64,000 nucleotides of DNA, taken from Thraustochytrium aureum (Eukaryota). Where the stretch lies: positions 10,381 to 74,380 of the forward strand of contig BLSG01000269.1 of assembly GCA_012862495.1 (NCBI GenBank), in the 5' to 3' direction. The notes under the pieces are model-generated. The model worked only from the letters and a program-made list of their open reading frames with translations, was not told the origin of the DNA and did not search any database. Of the stretch, positions 1-11,226 are shown piece after piece (the stretch's first letter is position 1; the number at the start of each line of letters is the position of its first letter). The position numbers were made by a program, and so were the translations under genes.

Positions 1-46
1 CGCCCTATACTGCATGTAGACGGCCGGCCATCGCCATTTGCACCAC

Positions 47-136
47 CTCCTGGCGCACCTTCTGGCCTCAACTGAACTCCTGGCGCATTCTCTGGCCTCA
101 ACTGGACTCCTGGCGCACCCTCTGGCCTCAACTGCA
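47..136. repeat. 30-bp tandem repeat, 3 copies
   Basis: CTCCTGGCGCAyyyTCTGGCCTCAACTGnA at 47, 77 and 107. Confidence 0.9.
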
Positions 137-266
137 CCGACGAGGTTGGAGGAAACGAAAAAGGCTGAAGAAAAAAAACACACACAAGAACCAGCCTGCT
201 GTAATTCGTTCCCACTTGGTCCGTCCGCTGCGAGGTGCAAACGAAAGGCCCTCCCTCCGCCTGGCA

Positions 267-1957
267 TCATTGCTTGGCGCGCTTGTCCGCGTCGTCGGCC
301 TCGGCACCGTCATGCTTGCGTTTGGAGCCCGAGCGGGCGACGACGCCCCCGCTGCGAACTTGGCAGCAAGGGCCGCCATGTGCTTGTCGAACGACTTGCG
401 GCGCAGGTGCTCTTGCTTGAGTGCGGAAAACTCGCGCTCGCGCTCCAGCTTTGGCAGAGCCGCCTCCCAAGACAGCTCCGCGTGGTGCGGCTTGCAAAGC
501 ACGTCGGCGAGCATGGCCTCAAAGTCCTTGACGCGCCGCTCGAATCGCTTGTTGTAGTCGGCCATCATCCGGTCGAACGCGCGGCGCTGCACGTGCGGCA
601 GAAAGCCGGCCTCGACCTTTTTCCTGACCTCGGGGTCCACCTCAGCGAGCACTGCCTCCAGCGAACCCAGCTTTTGCGCCCCCGCGACCTCGGCCGGGTC
701 GTCAAACTCGGACGCTAGCGCGAGCTTGCGGGATTTGACCTGGTCTTTGAGGAGCTGCTTGCAAGCGTCCGCGACTTCAGTGGCTTGCGCGAGGACGTCC
801 GCGCCGTCGCTCTCGAGCACGACGAGGGCGCGGGCTTCCGCTGGGTCGGCGCCCGGCGGCGCGACAGCGAGGCTTTCGCTGGCCTGCGCACCGCCCTCGT
901 CCCTGATCGCCTGGACCATGTTGACAAACCAGGGCTGCTCCCGCAGGGCGCGCAGATTGTCGTCGTCCGCCCAGATCTCGCGGCACGATCCGGGAAGGGG
1001 CGCCGCGCTTGCGTCGAAGAGTGACTGGAGCCACGCCGTGTAGTCGCCGCGGCAGGCCTCGAGCTGGTCCTTAACGAGCTCGGCGACAGCCTGCTTGGCA
1101 GCTTTGATGCGTTTCTTCTCCGCCGCGAGGACGTCGTCCATGACGTCCTCAAAGTCGCGCTTGTCCATGATGCTGAAACCTGCAAAGCCCTCGGGGGCCA
1201 GCTCGGTCACAGTCTCGGTCAACAGGGGCTCCATGCTCGACTTCCAGGACGCCCCCAGCTCGATCTGGCCGCGGGACAGCCACAAGCGCACCACTTGCTC
1301 GAACAGTGTCTCCTCCCTCTGCCGCTTGCGCTTGCGCTCTGCCTTTTCGCGCTTGTGCAGATCGTCTAAAAAGTCGTACACGGCGTCGTCCAGGTACCGC
1401 GTGTCGTCTGCGAGAGCGCGGACCGCGGGGGAGTCGCCCAGCGCGCTGAGCGCGTCCCGGCGCCGGGACTTGCTGTCGACCTTGCCCTGGGCCGCCAGCG
1501 CCTCGAGCTCGGCCACAAGCGCCTCGCGCAAGCCGCGCTTTTTCCAGTCCCCGAACGCGGCGAGCGCCTTGCGCCGCCTCTCTGCGCCCACCAGCGCGTA
1601 GAACCGCGGGTCGTTCGCGATTCCGTGCTCGATGGCCTCGACCCAGCTCGCGCCTGGCGGGACGCGCCGCTCGCTCAGCATTTGCTGAAACTCCTTGATT
1701 TCCTCGTCAAAGTTGCCGTCGGGCTTTGGTTTCGCCCGTGGCGGACCGTGCAGCTCGCCGGACACGGTTTTCTCCGCGAGCTCTTCAGCGCGACGTGCTC
1801 TGTTCGAGCGAACCTGGCTCCTCTCCTCGGTGCTGCTGTCGGGCCGCTTGCCGACCGTGCAGTCGTCCAGGGCTTTGCGGGCGGCGTTGAAAAGTGCCAG
1901 GCTCGCCATATCCTTGGTCGGGGCGTCGCCCGAGCAGAGAGCGCGCAGCCGCTCCTT
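267..1957 (-). CDS. PRP40: PRP40/PRPF40-like FF-domain splicing factor; 5' end (expected WW domains) lost in gap
   Basis: Repeated FF-like motifs (EFQQMLSE..ASW..AI..IANDPRFYAL; DFEAMLAD..LSWEAALPKL..REFSAL..RRKSFDKHM). The likely true C-terminus (SKRKHDGAEADDADKRAKQ*, stop at 267) needs a frameshift near 335. The uncorrected ORF runs to 128. Confidence 0.75.
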
Positions 1958-2843
1958 NNNNNNNNNNNNNNNNNNNNNNNNNNNNNNNNNNNNNNNNNNN
2001 NNNNNNNNNNNNNNNNNNNNNNNNNNNNNNNNNNNNNNNNNNNNNNNNNNNNNNNNNNNNNNNNNNNNNNNNNNNNNNNNNNNNNNNNNNNNNNNNNNNN
2101 NNNNNNNNNNNNNNNNNNNNNNNNNNNNNNNNNNNNNNNNNNNNNNNNNNNNNNNNNNNNNNNNNNNNNNNNNNNNNNNNNNNNNNNNNNNNNNNNNNNN
2201 NNNNNNNNNNNNNNNNNNNNNNNNNNNNNNNNNNNNNNNNNNNNNNNNNNNNNNNNNNNNNNNNNNNNNNNNNNNNNNNNNNNNNNNNNNNNNNNNNNNN
2301 NNNNNNNNNNNNNNNNNNNNNNNNNNNNNNNNNNNNNNNNNNNNNNNNNNNNNNNNNNNNNNNNNNNNNNNNNNNNNNNNNNNNNNNNNNNNNNNNNNNN
2401 NNNNNNNNNNNNNNNNNNNNNNNNNNNNNNNNNNNNNNNNNNNNNNNNNNNNNNNNNNNNNNNNNNNNNNNNNNNNNNNNNNNNNNNNNNNNNNNNNNNN
2501 NNNNNNNNNNNNNNNNNNNNNNNNNNNNNNNNNNNNNNNNNNNNNNNNNNNNNNNNNNNNNNNNNNNNNNNNNNNNNNNNNNNNNNNNNNNNNNNNNNNN
2601 NNNNNNNNNNNNNNNNNNNNNNNNNNNNNNNNNNNNNNNNNNNNNNNNNNNNNNNNNNNNNNNNNNNNNNNNNNNNNNNNNNNNNNNNNNNNNNNNNNNN
2701 NNNNNNNNNNNNNNNNNNNNNNNNNNNNNNNNNNNNNNNGACGAGATGAGCAATCAACGAGACGAACAACCGACGATATGCGACGCGGCAGCCACGGCTC
2801 GGCATTCCGCTTTGTTTTGGTTCACACATGTTTACGTAATACA

Positions 2844-3170
2844 CTACACTGTCGCTGGACCAACCTCGGCAGGCTTGGGCAAGCGCGCTGGCGACGTGTC
2901 CGTCGCCGCCGCAATGCGCACCGCCTTGTAAACGTGGACCACGAGGAAGAATACGACGAGAGGCATAAAGGCGCCGTCGCCCAGCCAGACGATGATCCCG
3001 ACGGCGAGGCCGACATAAACGCAATGCCGAAAGAACCAGTACGCGACGAGGACCTCAGTGGGCTGTTTGTCGAGCAGGCCCCACGCGGTCCCAGTCTTGC
3101 ACAAGAACGTCTCCCATCGCACGACCTTGGAGGCACAGGTCTCGCCGGCCGGGGACTCGTCGTCGCCCAT
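2844..3170 (-). CDS. small hypothetical membrane protein (~108 aa)
   Basis: ATG at 3170 (MGDDESP); two hydrophobic segments (CVYVGLAVGIIVWLG, FMPLVVFFLVVHVY). Confidence 0.5.
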   Translation of the reverse strand: MGDDESPAGETCASKVVRWETFLCKTGTAWGLLDKQPTEVLVAYWFFRHCVYVGLAVGIIVWLGDGAFMPLVVFFLVVHVYKAVRIAAATDTSPARLPKPAEVGPATV

Positions 3171-4110
3171 TCTTGCAACGCAATTCCGCGTGACCCGAAC
3201 CCGCCAACCCGCCAGCGCGACGTGCAAAGCCGCAGACAACTTGAGCGGCAGGAATCCTCTGCGCCAGTCGCCTTACTCGCTCGGACGATCGCGTTTGCCT
3301 GCGCTTGGTAGTGGCGCTCAATGGCGCGCATTGTGCGCCAACCTCGTTGCGCGTTGGTGCAGAGCTTCGCTTGGCCCGTGACACACATGCCAGCGGCGAG
3401 AGCGCCAACGCCGGCCCCCTCGGCCCGGGCGGCCCGAGCGGCTTGGCTCTAGCGGCACTCTCCAGAGCGTGNNNNNNNNNNNNNNNNNNNNNNNNNNNNN
3501 NNNNNNNNNNNNNNNNNNNNNNNNNNNNNNNNNNNNNNNNNNNNNNNNNNNNNNNNNNNNNNNNNNNNNNNNNNNNNNNNNNNNNNNNNNNNNNNNNNNN
3601 NNNNNNNNNNNNNNNNNNNNNNNNNNNNNNNNNNNNNNNNNNNNNNNNNNNNNNNNNNNNNNNNNNNNNNNNNNNNNNNNNNNNNNNNNNNNNNNNNNNN
3701 NNNNNNNNNNNNNNNNNNNNNNNNNNNNNNNNNNNNNNNNNNNNNNNNNNNNNNNNNNNNNNNNNNNNNNNNNNNNNNNNNNNNNNNNNNNNNNNNNNNN
3801 NNNNNNNNNNNNNNNNNNNNNNNNNNNNNNNNNNNNNNNNNNNNNNNNNNNNNNNNNNNNNNNNNNNNNNNNNNNNNNNNNNNNNNNNNNNNNNNNNNNN
3901 NNNNNNNNNNNNNNNNNNNNNNNNNNNNNNNNNNNNNNNNNNNNNNNNNNGGCCGAGTTCAGGCCGCTGACAAACAAGTGCCCGCGCGCGCTCCTGCGCT
4001 TGTTGCTCCTGAGCCTGTTGTGCAGTGCAGGGCAGCCGCGCCCAAGCGATCGACTGGCCCAGACTCTGGAAAGAAAAAAGCAAATCCAATTCGTTTTCCG
4101 CCAAGAGCAG

Positions 4111-5994
4111 CTATGCTCCCTCGGCGCCAACCTGGCAGGCCGGTGGGCGCTCAAACCCGAAACAGTCAAAGTCAACCGCCATGTAAGCACAGGCTGCCCG
4201 GTCGAGCTCAGGGATAGCCAACTCGCGTAGATCAGCGGCATGCTGCTTGAAACCGTTGGCGCCAGAGTGTGTCTTCCTTAGCTTGGCTTGGGGCAGTTGC
4301 AAGGCTCGCTCAAGCGCGCGAAAGTCCACCGAGGCGGTCTCGAGCGTACCAATAAAGTCCAAGGGGATGTGAACCCGCTTGTCGCCCACCTTCACACAAC
4401 GCTGCGTCTTCCAGAGCTGCGTGTACATATGTCGCGGCGTGAGGCTGTTCCGCATTGACGAACCCGAGCGCACCATGTCGAGGAAAGCCAGGGCGCGAGC
4501 CGGCTCATTTGACAATGCCCTCGAGAGCACTTGAAACGCGCGGGGTTTCCCGCCGGTTTGGCCCGTTCGCTTGTCAATCTCAGCATATGCGCTGTAAAAA
4601 GCACTCAGAGGCGAGCGCACGAATGTAAACACGAACATGTCGTCGAGAGTGAGCCCGGCGCCCTCGATAATCTTGAGCATGTGCTGCGTTCCCATAGGCA
4701 CGCCACCGTAGTGGCTCTCGACAAGACCCTTGATCGCCAAGGACGCGCCTTTCATGTTGGTGACGTACACGAGTCGGTGCTCAATGCTCATCACAACTTG
4801 GCTCCCGGCGTCCCTCAACGCGGACTGTGAGTTCGCTGGGTCCACACATTTGGCGCGCCCGAACTGGCCAAGCTGACGATCTTCAGCAGTGCCGCTTCGG
4901 TGCGCTCTGTGGGCAGCGCAAACTGGGGACGCGTAGCTGGCAACCCTTTTCAGGACGTGCCGTGAGACCTTTCCGCCTGTTCTACGCGCGAGTCGCTCGA
5001 TGCGCACGCGGCCTAATGCGTCGCGTTCGGCAGGGGCCAATTTGCTCTCGATCCGAGCGATCGCTGCGGCGAGGCCTGTTTGATCGGTCTCATTCGTGAG
5101 CGCAGTGAAAGGAGGGCTGAGACTGCCCTCGCTGGTGTCGGCGCCGCCTTGGTCGCTGACCGCTNNNNNNNNNNNNNNNNNNNNNNNNNNNNNNNNNNNN
5201 NNNNNNNNNNNNNNNNNNNNNNNNNNNNNNNNNNNNNNNNNNNNNNNNNNNNNNNNNNNNNNNNNNNNNNNNNNNNNNNNNNNNNNNNNNNNNNNNNNNN
5301 NNNNNNNNNNNNNNNNNNNNNNNNNNNNNNNNNNNNNNNNNNNNNNNNNNNNNNNNNNNNNNNNNNNNNNNNNNNNNNNNNNNNNNNNNNNNNNNNNNNN
5401 NNNNNNNNNNNNNNNNNNNNNNNNNNNNNNNNNNNNNNNNNNNNNNNNNNNNNNNNNNNNNNNNNNNNNNNNNNNNNNNNNNNNNNNNNNNNNNNNNNNN
5501 NNNNNNNNNNNNNNNNNNNNNNNNNNNNNNNNNNNNNNNNNNNNNNNNNNNNNNNNNNNNNNNNNNNNNNNNNNNNNNNNNNNNNNNNNNNNNNNNNNNN
5601 NNNNNNNNNNNNNNNNNNNNNNNNNNNNNNNNNNNNNNNNNNNNNNNNNNNNNNNNNNNNNNNNNNNNNNNNNNNNNNNNNNNNNNNNNNNNNNNNNNNN
5701 NNNNNNNNNNNNNNNNNNNNNNNNNNNNNNNNNNNNNNNNNNNNNNNNNNNNNNNNNNNNNNNNNNNNNNNNNNNNNNNNNNNNNNNNNNNNNAACGATC
5801 GGGCCAGGTCCCTCTGGTCTACCCGGGGTGCAATTGATGACGCCTTTCTCGCAAATCAGAGCCAAGCCCTCCGAGCGCACACGAGCAATCTCGCTTCCAG
5901 ACAAGATCGCCATCGTGAGCGCGCACGACATCATGACCACAAACATTTGAACCCATGTAGGGGTCAACCTTTGGGGCTGCCGGGACAGCACCAT
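4111..5994 (-). CDS. type II membrane carbohydrate sulfotransferase (Sulfotransfer_2/CHST-like), spans gap
   Basis: N-terminal TM (WVQMFVVMMSCALTMAIL); 5'-PSB-like LVYVTNMKGAS; 3'-PB FTFVRSPLSAFYSAY; LDFIGTLET motif. Confidence 0.8.
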   Translation of the reverse strand: MVLSRQPQRLTPTWVQMFVVMMSCALTMAILSGSEIARVRSEGLALICEKGVINCTPGRPEGPGPIVXXXXXXXXXXXXXXXXXXXXXXXXXXXXXXXXXXXXXXXXXXXXXXXXXXXXXXXXXXXXXXXXXXXXXXXXXXXXXXXXXXXXXXXXXXXXXXXXXXXXXXXXXXXXXXXXXXXXXXXXXXXXXXXXXXXXXXXXXXXXXXXXXXXXXXXXXXXXXXXXXXXXXXXXXXXXXXXXXXXXXXXXXXXXXXXXXXXXXXXXXXXXXXXXXXAVSDQGGADTSEGSLSPPFTALTNETDQTGLAAAIARIESKLAPAERDALGRVRIERLARRTGGKVSRHVLKRVASYASPVCAAHRAHRSGTAEDRQLGQFGRAKCVDPANSQSALRDAGSQVVMSIEHRLVYVTNMKGASLAIKGLVESHYGGVPMGTQHMLKIIEGAGLTLDDMFVFTFVRSPLSAFYSAYAEIDKRTGQTGGKPRAFQVLSRALSNEPARALAFLDMVRSGSSMRNSLTPRHMYTQLWKTQRCVKVGDKRVHIPLDFIGTLETASVDFRALERALQLPQAKLRKTHSGANGFKQHAADLRELAIPELDRAACAYMAVDFDCFGFERPPACQVGAEGA

Positions 5995-6403
5995 CCTGGC
6001 CGAGCTGCGCAGAGTTGCTTTGTTTGCGCCCGCCACTGCGAGAGGCCGTGGCAACTTCAGCTACCGCAGCGAGGAGCGTACCGTAGCGCTGCTGGCCGAC
6101 ACGATTTGCTGCACTTTTGCCCGAAACCTGTACGTGGTCGCGCTTCGAAGACTATCGCGGCTGTCCCCCGAGCGCGGCGACCATTCACAAGCGCCAGCCT
6201 TGCCAATCCCAGCCAACCCGATCGACCGTGCGACGCAGGAAGTGCACGAGCCGGAGCCCGACGAAACCTCGCGCAGGTCTAGAACGAGTGCGAAACTCTG
6301 TTCTACAATCGTTTCTCCTACGGCTGTCGTACTTCGCGGCCAGAGTCGTCTTGGTTGACGGTCAGCGCAGCGACGGCCAGCCGGCCAGCCTGCCGTCCCC
6401 ACC

Positions 6404-6620
6404 GCCACTCGCGCCTAGCGCGAAACGGGCCAGGTCCTGGAGGTTGCTGCGCCACTCGCGTCTTGTGCGAAACAGGCCAAAACCCCGGCGGGCCGCTGGG
6501 CCACTCGCGTTTTGGTCGCAACGGGCGCGACCGCTGTGCCGCTGGCGCCTTGATCGAAACGGGCCACGGTCCTCGGGGTTGCTGGGCCACTCGCGTCTTG
6601 GAGGAAACGGGCCAAGGTCG
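6404..6620. repeat. degenerate ~48-bp tandem repeat, 5 copies
   Basis: GCCACTCGCG-N8-GAAACGGGCCA-like cores start at 6404, 6451, 6500, 6538 and 6586. Confidence 0.75.
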
Positions 6621-7650
6621 CTGTTGTTCGCTGTTGTCTGTCTGCGCGTGCGTCCCTGTAAAATTGCAGTCTGCGCGTCCCACATTCCCATTACACCCTC
6701 GGATCTCCTCCACTTCCACTCGACAACACCGAGACGACCGCGCCAGCAGAGCAAAGCCGCGAAGAGCCTAGGCACACGCGGGGAGAGGCCGCGGGTACGA
6801 GCAACACGGAAACCCGGAGGTGGTCGGCCTCAAGCGGGGCGAGCGAGTCAGGGGAGGTTGCACGTGGCTGGGGTTTCTCTAGAGGAGGTGCCGCTGCGAC
6901 CACACCGAACGGCTGCAGCTTTGCGCGAAATCGGTCAGCCGAGCTCTGTTGCCCGCCGTGGAGGAGCCACGGCTAGTATGGGCGCCTCTACAAGTGCTGG
7001 CGTTGGAAACGGTGAGCCTATTCTCTTGCTCGAGAGGAACACGTTCTAAATAGCCGACCGCGTCCTCGACAAGCTCGGCTGCGCTGCCAGCACTGAAGGG
7101 GATAGGCGGCTGGGCTGTCCACGACTCTCGAAGCCTCAGGCGAGAAAACGTGTTGGAAACGTCGGTAGGACGAGATCCAAGACTTCAGATCGAAAGGGCC
7201 AACTGTGACGACAACTTGCAAGTCTAATTCAAGTCGCAAGCGCTGAGGCTAAACCTCGCTCGACCAGCAAAGATTTGCACTTCCGCTTGGGTTCGAGAGA
7301 GATCATCGCCGGCAGAAAAAGCTCCTCGGCAAAGTGGCGGAACCGAATCCCCACTGGCAAAAGCAAAAGCGCAAAAAAGGTCGAGCAAAATGGCCAAGAG
7401 GAAGGACGCGCGCGACCGCAAGCGAGGTCACAGCGGGTTCACATCGCTGGCGGCCCGCCACGGACTTATGCTCTGTTCTGCGCGAGAGCCTCGGCATCAT
7501 AAGAGCAGCGTCGCACGCGGAGCTGGCCGCACGCCCTCCTCGCGCACAATGTGGCCCAGGACGCTCGCTACAAAGCGCCCGGCCGTGAAGCGTGCCCTGT
7601 CCGAGGGCAGACATGAGATGCGCCAAGATACCATCCCCACAAGCAGCGAA

Positions 7651-7703
7651 CGCTGCCAAGCCGTCGCTGCCAAGCCGTCGCTGCCAAGCCGTCGCTGCCA
7701 AGC
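7651..7703. repeat. 14-bp tandem repeat (CGCTGCCAAGCCGT) x3.8
   Basis: Read directly from the sequence. Confidence 0.9.
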
Positions 7704-8683
7704 AGACCGCAGGTTTGGGCTCGCGTCCACGGTCTGACCAGGCGCCAGCGGCCATCGCCAGACCGTGTGGGACCGGGGCAAGGAGCGGCCATCACCAAAC
7801 CGTGTCGGACCGGGACAAGCGCGCCAGTTGATCCACTTGGCGAATCGCCCAAGCCGTCGCCCATTGTGGTCCCCTCCACGATCACCATGATCGCGAGCAA
7901 GCAATCACCTCAAGGCCAACTCGAACAACGCTACCCTCCGAACCCGCCACCGGACGTCTGCGAAGTAACATCAGGAGGACCGAGCCCTCCCTGATCGAAC
8001 ACCTCACTTTCTGTTCTCTGCTGAGCTGCCTTCTACTGGTACTTCGGTAGTAGGTACTCTAAGGGCAACTCGANNNNNNNNNNNNNNNNNNNNNNNNNNN
8101 NNNNNNNNNNNNNNNNNNNNNNNNNNNNNNNNNNNNNNNNNNNNNNNNNNNNNNNNNNNNNNNNNNNNNNNNNNNNNNNNNNNNNNNNNNNNNNNNNNNN
8201 NNNNNNNNNNNNNNNNNNNNNNNNNNNNNNNNNNNNNNNNNNNNNNNNNNNNNNNNNNNNNNNNNNNNNNNNNNNNNNNNNNNNNNNNNNNNNNNNNNNN
8301 NNNNNNNNNNNNNNNNNNNNNNNNNNNNNNNNNNNNNNNNNNNNNNNNNNNNNNNNNNNCTTCTTAGCCTTTCGAGGACTCGCGTGCATTCCTCCAATGC
8401 ACTGTTCGAATTGGCTTCCATCCAATCGCGTAAATGTGAGGGTGCATCCCACAGACGCACATCGCCAGCCACTCCAACGCGAAAAGTGAACCCAAGCGCG
8501 CACCTCAGCACCCAACGCAAACAAAGCGACTGTGCATCCGATTTATAAATATGCACGTCGGCAGTCACGGTCACGCGGGCGGCGGGACGCTTTTCCTCGC
8601 ATGCACGCGCACCTCTCCTTCTTCCGTTGTTGAAGGCACAGGTCTCCACAAGCGCCGGTAGTAGTACTCTCTAGTCCTCTGCT

Positions 8684-9979
8684 ATGCCGTCGAAGAGAAG
8701 AGCGGGCAGCCGCAACGCGTCCGTGACTCATCGCAACGCGCCCGTGACGATGAGTCACGGACGCGGACCTGCTGCTCGTGAAGAACGCAGCCTCGTCCGC
8801 GGAGCTCACAACCGCGCTCTTCAAGTCGTCCTTTCTGTTTGTCTGCAAGTTGAAGCCGCTCGTACTCTGTCCCGGTCAGGGCTCGGAAAGGAGAAGGGCG
8901 AGGAGGAGGACCATCAAGTGGACATTCACGGGCTCTTTCTGACGGACGTCCATCCACGTGCATTGCGGGGGGAGAGGGAGGAGGAGAAGCCAAGCAAAGC
9001 CCAATCCCACCAGCACCAGGGCCGACCGCCGCCAGAGCACCGAGACTGCGGCAGCCAACTCGTGAGGACCGGGGCCGCCGCCTCCAACGCCGAGCACTTA
9101 CAGCAGCGCCCACGCGGTCCAGCGCCGAGTCAGGGCGCCAGCAAGTGCGCCGGCAACGCGCTACTAGCTGCGCGCGCCAACAGCCGCGCGCGCCAGCAGC
9201 TGCGCGAGGGCGCCACCTGCCGAAGCTCGTTGAGCAGAGCGATGAGGTGGGTGAGCTTTGCTGCGGAGCGGCCCGAGGACGAGCCCACGGCCAAGAAGAT
9301 CGGCCTGCAAAAGCGGTGGTCGAGCTTCGCGAGCGAGCCACTGCGCCAGGACAACCCGAGGTGCGCGAGTAGCGCGTGGAGCGCGGCGCGGCGCTGCACC
9401 AACCGGATCGTGCCCCGCTGCCTGACGAATGGCAGAGCGAGCCGGCGGAGGCCCAGAGCCGCCACGGCTGGAAGTGTCCTCCTGCTCGGGGAGGCCAGCG
9501 TGGGCAAGAGCAGTCTGCTGCTCCGCATGCGGCGCAAGGCGTTCGACCCCAACGTAGTCGTCACCGTGCACACCGACTGCAGGCGCGTCGAGCTCCCGCA
9601 AGATCGCGGCTGCCTCGAGGTGCTGGACCTCGCAGGCTTCAGCCGGCACGGAGCGCGCGAGCTGGCGCTCGCCAACCTGAGCCACTGCGAAGGATTTGTG
9701 CTCGTATTTGACGTCACAGACCGCAGCACGTTCGAGGCCGTGTCCGCGATGGCAGACCTCGTTCGGCGACGCCAGCAAGGCCTGGCCGGCTGCACGGTCA
9801 TCCTGGTCGGCAACAAGAGCGACCTGGATTTGCGCGCAGTGACGCGGGCCGAGGGCGAGGCGCTTGCGCACCGCGAGGGTATGGCCTACGTTGAGGCATC
9901 GGCCCGCTCGGGTCTCGGGATAGACGAGCTGCTGCAGCAGCTCGGCGGGCCACAACTGGAAAGCCTCGCACAGAGCTAA
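8684..9979 (+). CDS. Ras-superfamily (Rab-like) small GTPase with N-terminal extension; true start uncertain (8684 or 9242)
   Basis: G1 GEASVGKS, G3 DLAG, G4 NKSD, G5 SAR, and FVLVFDVT in ~9470-9979. Confidence 0.85.
   Translation: MPSKRRAGSRNASVTHRNAPVTMSHGRGPAAREERSLVRGAHNRALQVVLSVCLQVEAARTLSRSGLGKEKGEEEDHQVDIHGLFLTDVHPRALRGEREEEKPSKAQSHQHQGRPPPEHRDCGSQLVRTGAAASNAEHLQQRPRGPAPSQGASKCAGNALLAARANSRARQQLREGATCRSSLSRAMRWVSFAAERPEDEPTAKKIGLQKRWSSFASEPLRQDNPRCASSAWSAARRCTNRIVPRCLTNGRASRRRPRAATAGSVLLLGEASVGKSSLLLRMRRKAFDPNVVVTVHTDCRRVELPQDRGCLEVLDLAGFSRHGARELALANLSHCEGFVLVFDVTDRSTFEAVSAMADLVRRRQQGLAGCTVILVGNKSDLDLRAVTRAEGEALAHREGMAYVEASARSGLGIDELLQQLGGPQLESLAQS
8716..8765. promoter_or_regulatory. 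perfect 18-bp inverted repeat, each arm containing TGACTCA (AP-1/GCN4-type bZIP site)
   Basis: CGCGTCCGTGACTCATCG (8716-8733) and its reverse complement (8748-8765), with a 14-nt loop. The regulatory role is inferred. Confidence 0.5.
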
Positions 9980-11226
9980 GCGGGGGCCGACCGCGTCCCG
10001 TGTCGTAACATACTTACATACTCTTCACAGACTGAAAGCACCTCCTGAACTGCCTCTGTTAGTTCGCCATCTCCGCTGCACCGTGCCATGCACACACCGT
10101 GTCGGAAGCACCGTGTCATGCACCGCGTCAGGGCGCCCTGCCCGGACAAGCATGTGCCATGCGCCACGCTCCACTGGCAAAAATCGAAAAGGAATTCCAC
10201 ACGTTCACCGGATCTATTGCAAGCCACCAACCGGACCGCCGGGTCGCCCAGGCGCCGGCCGCTCGGCCACCGCTGCGCTGGAGGTCGCCCAGGCGCCGGT
10301 GCGAGGCCACTGCTGCGTGGCTGCGAGCTCGCACTTTCGCGCAATGCCTGCCTTCGACCTCGAGTACTGGAAGCGCTGGCAAGCTGCGCGCGGCCCCGAG
10401 GNNNNNNNNNNNNNNNNNNNNNNNNNNNNNNNNNNNNNNNNNNNNNNNNNNNNNNNNNNNNNNNNNNNNNNNNNNNNNNNNNNNNNNNNNNNNNNNNNNN
10501 NNNNNNNNNNNNNNNNNNNNNNNNNNNNNNNNNNNNNNNNNNNNNNNNNNNNNNNNNNNNNNNNNNNNNNNNNNNNNNNNNNNNNNNNNNNNNNNNNNNN
10601 NNNNNNNNNNNNNNNNNNNNNNNNNNNNNNNNNNNNNNNNNNNNNNNNNNNNNNNNNNNNNNNNNNNNNNNNNNNNNNNNNNNNNNNNNNNNNNNNNNNN
10701 NNNNNNNNNNNNNNNNNNNNNNNNNNNNNNNNNNNNNNNNNNNNNNNNNNNNNNNNNNNNNNNNNNNNNNNNNNNNNNNNNNNNNNNNNNNNNNNNNNNN
10801 NNNNNNNNNNNNNNNNNNNNNNNNNNNNNNNNNNNNNNNNNNNNNNNNNNNNNNNNNNNNNNNNNNNNNNNNNNNNNNNNNNNNNNNNNNNNNNNNNNNN
10901 NNNNNNNNNNNNNNNNNNNNNNNNNNNNNNNNNNNNNNNNNNNNNNNNNNNNNNNNNNNNNNNNNNNNNNNNNNNNNNNNNNNNNNNNNNNNNNNNNNNN
11001 NNNNNNNNNNNNNNNNNNNNNNNNNNNNNNNNNNNNNNNNNNNNNNNNNNNNNNNNNNNNNNNNNNNNNNNNNNNNNNNNNNNNNNNNNNNNNNNNNNNN
11101 NNNNNNNNNNNNNNNNNNNNNNNNNNNNNNNNNNNNNNNNNNNNNNNNNNNNNNNNNNNNNNNNNNNNNNNNNNNNNNNNNNNNNNNNNNNNNNNNNNNN
11201 NNNNNNNNNNNNNNNNNNNNNNNNNN

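Noticed and set aside
6404..6620. CRISPR array
   Set aside because: The repeats are degenerate, the spacers are short and related to each other, there are no cas genes, and the context is eukaryotic.
10344..10401. Possible gene start MPAFDLEYWKRWQAARGPE on the + strand
   Set aside because: Only 19 codons are visible before the gap, so it cannot be supported.
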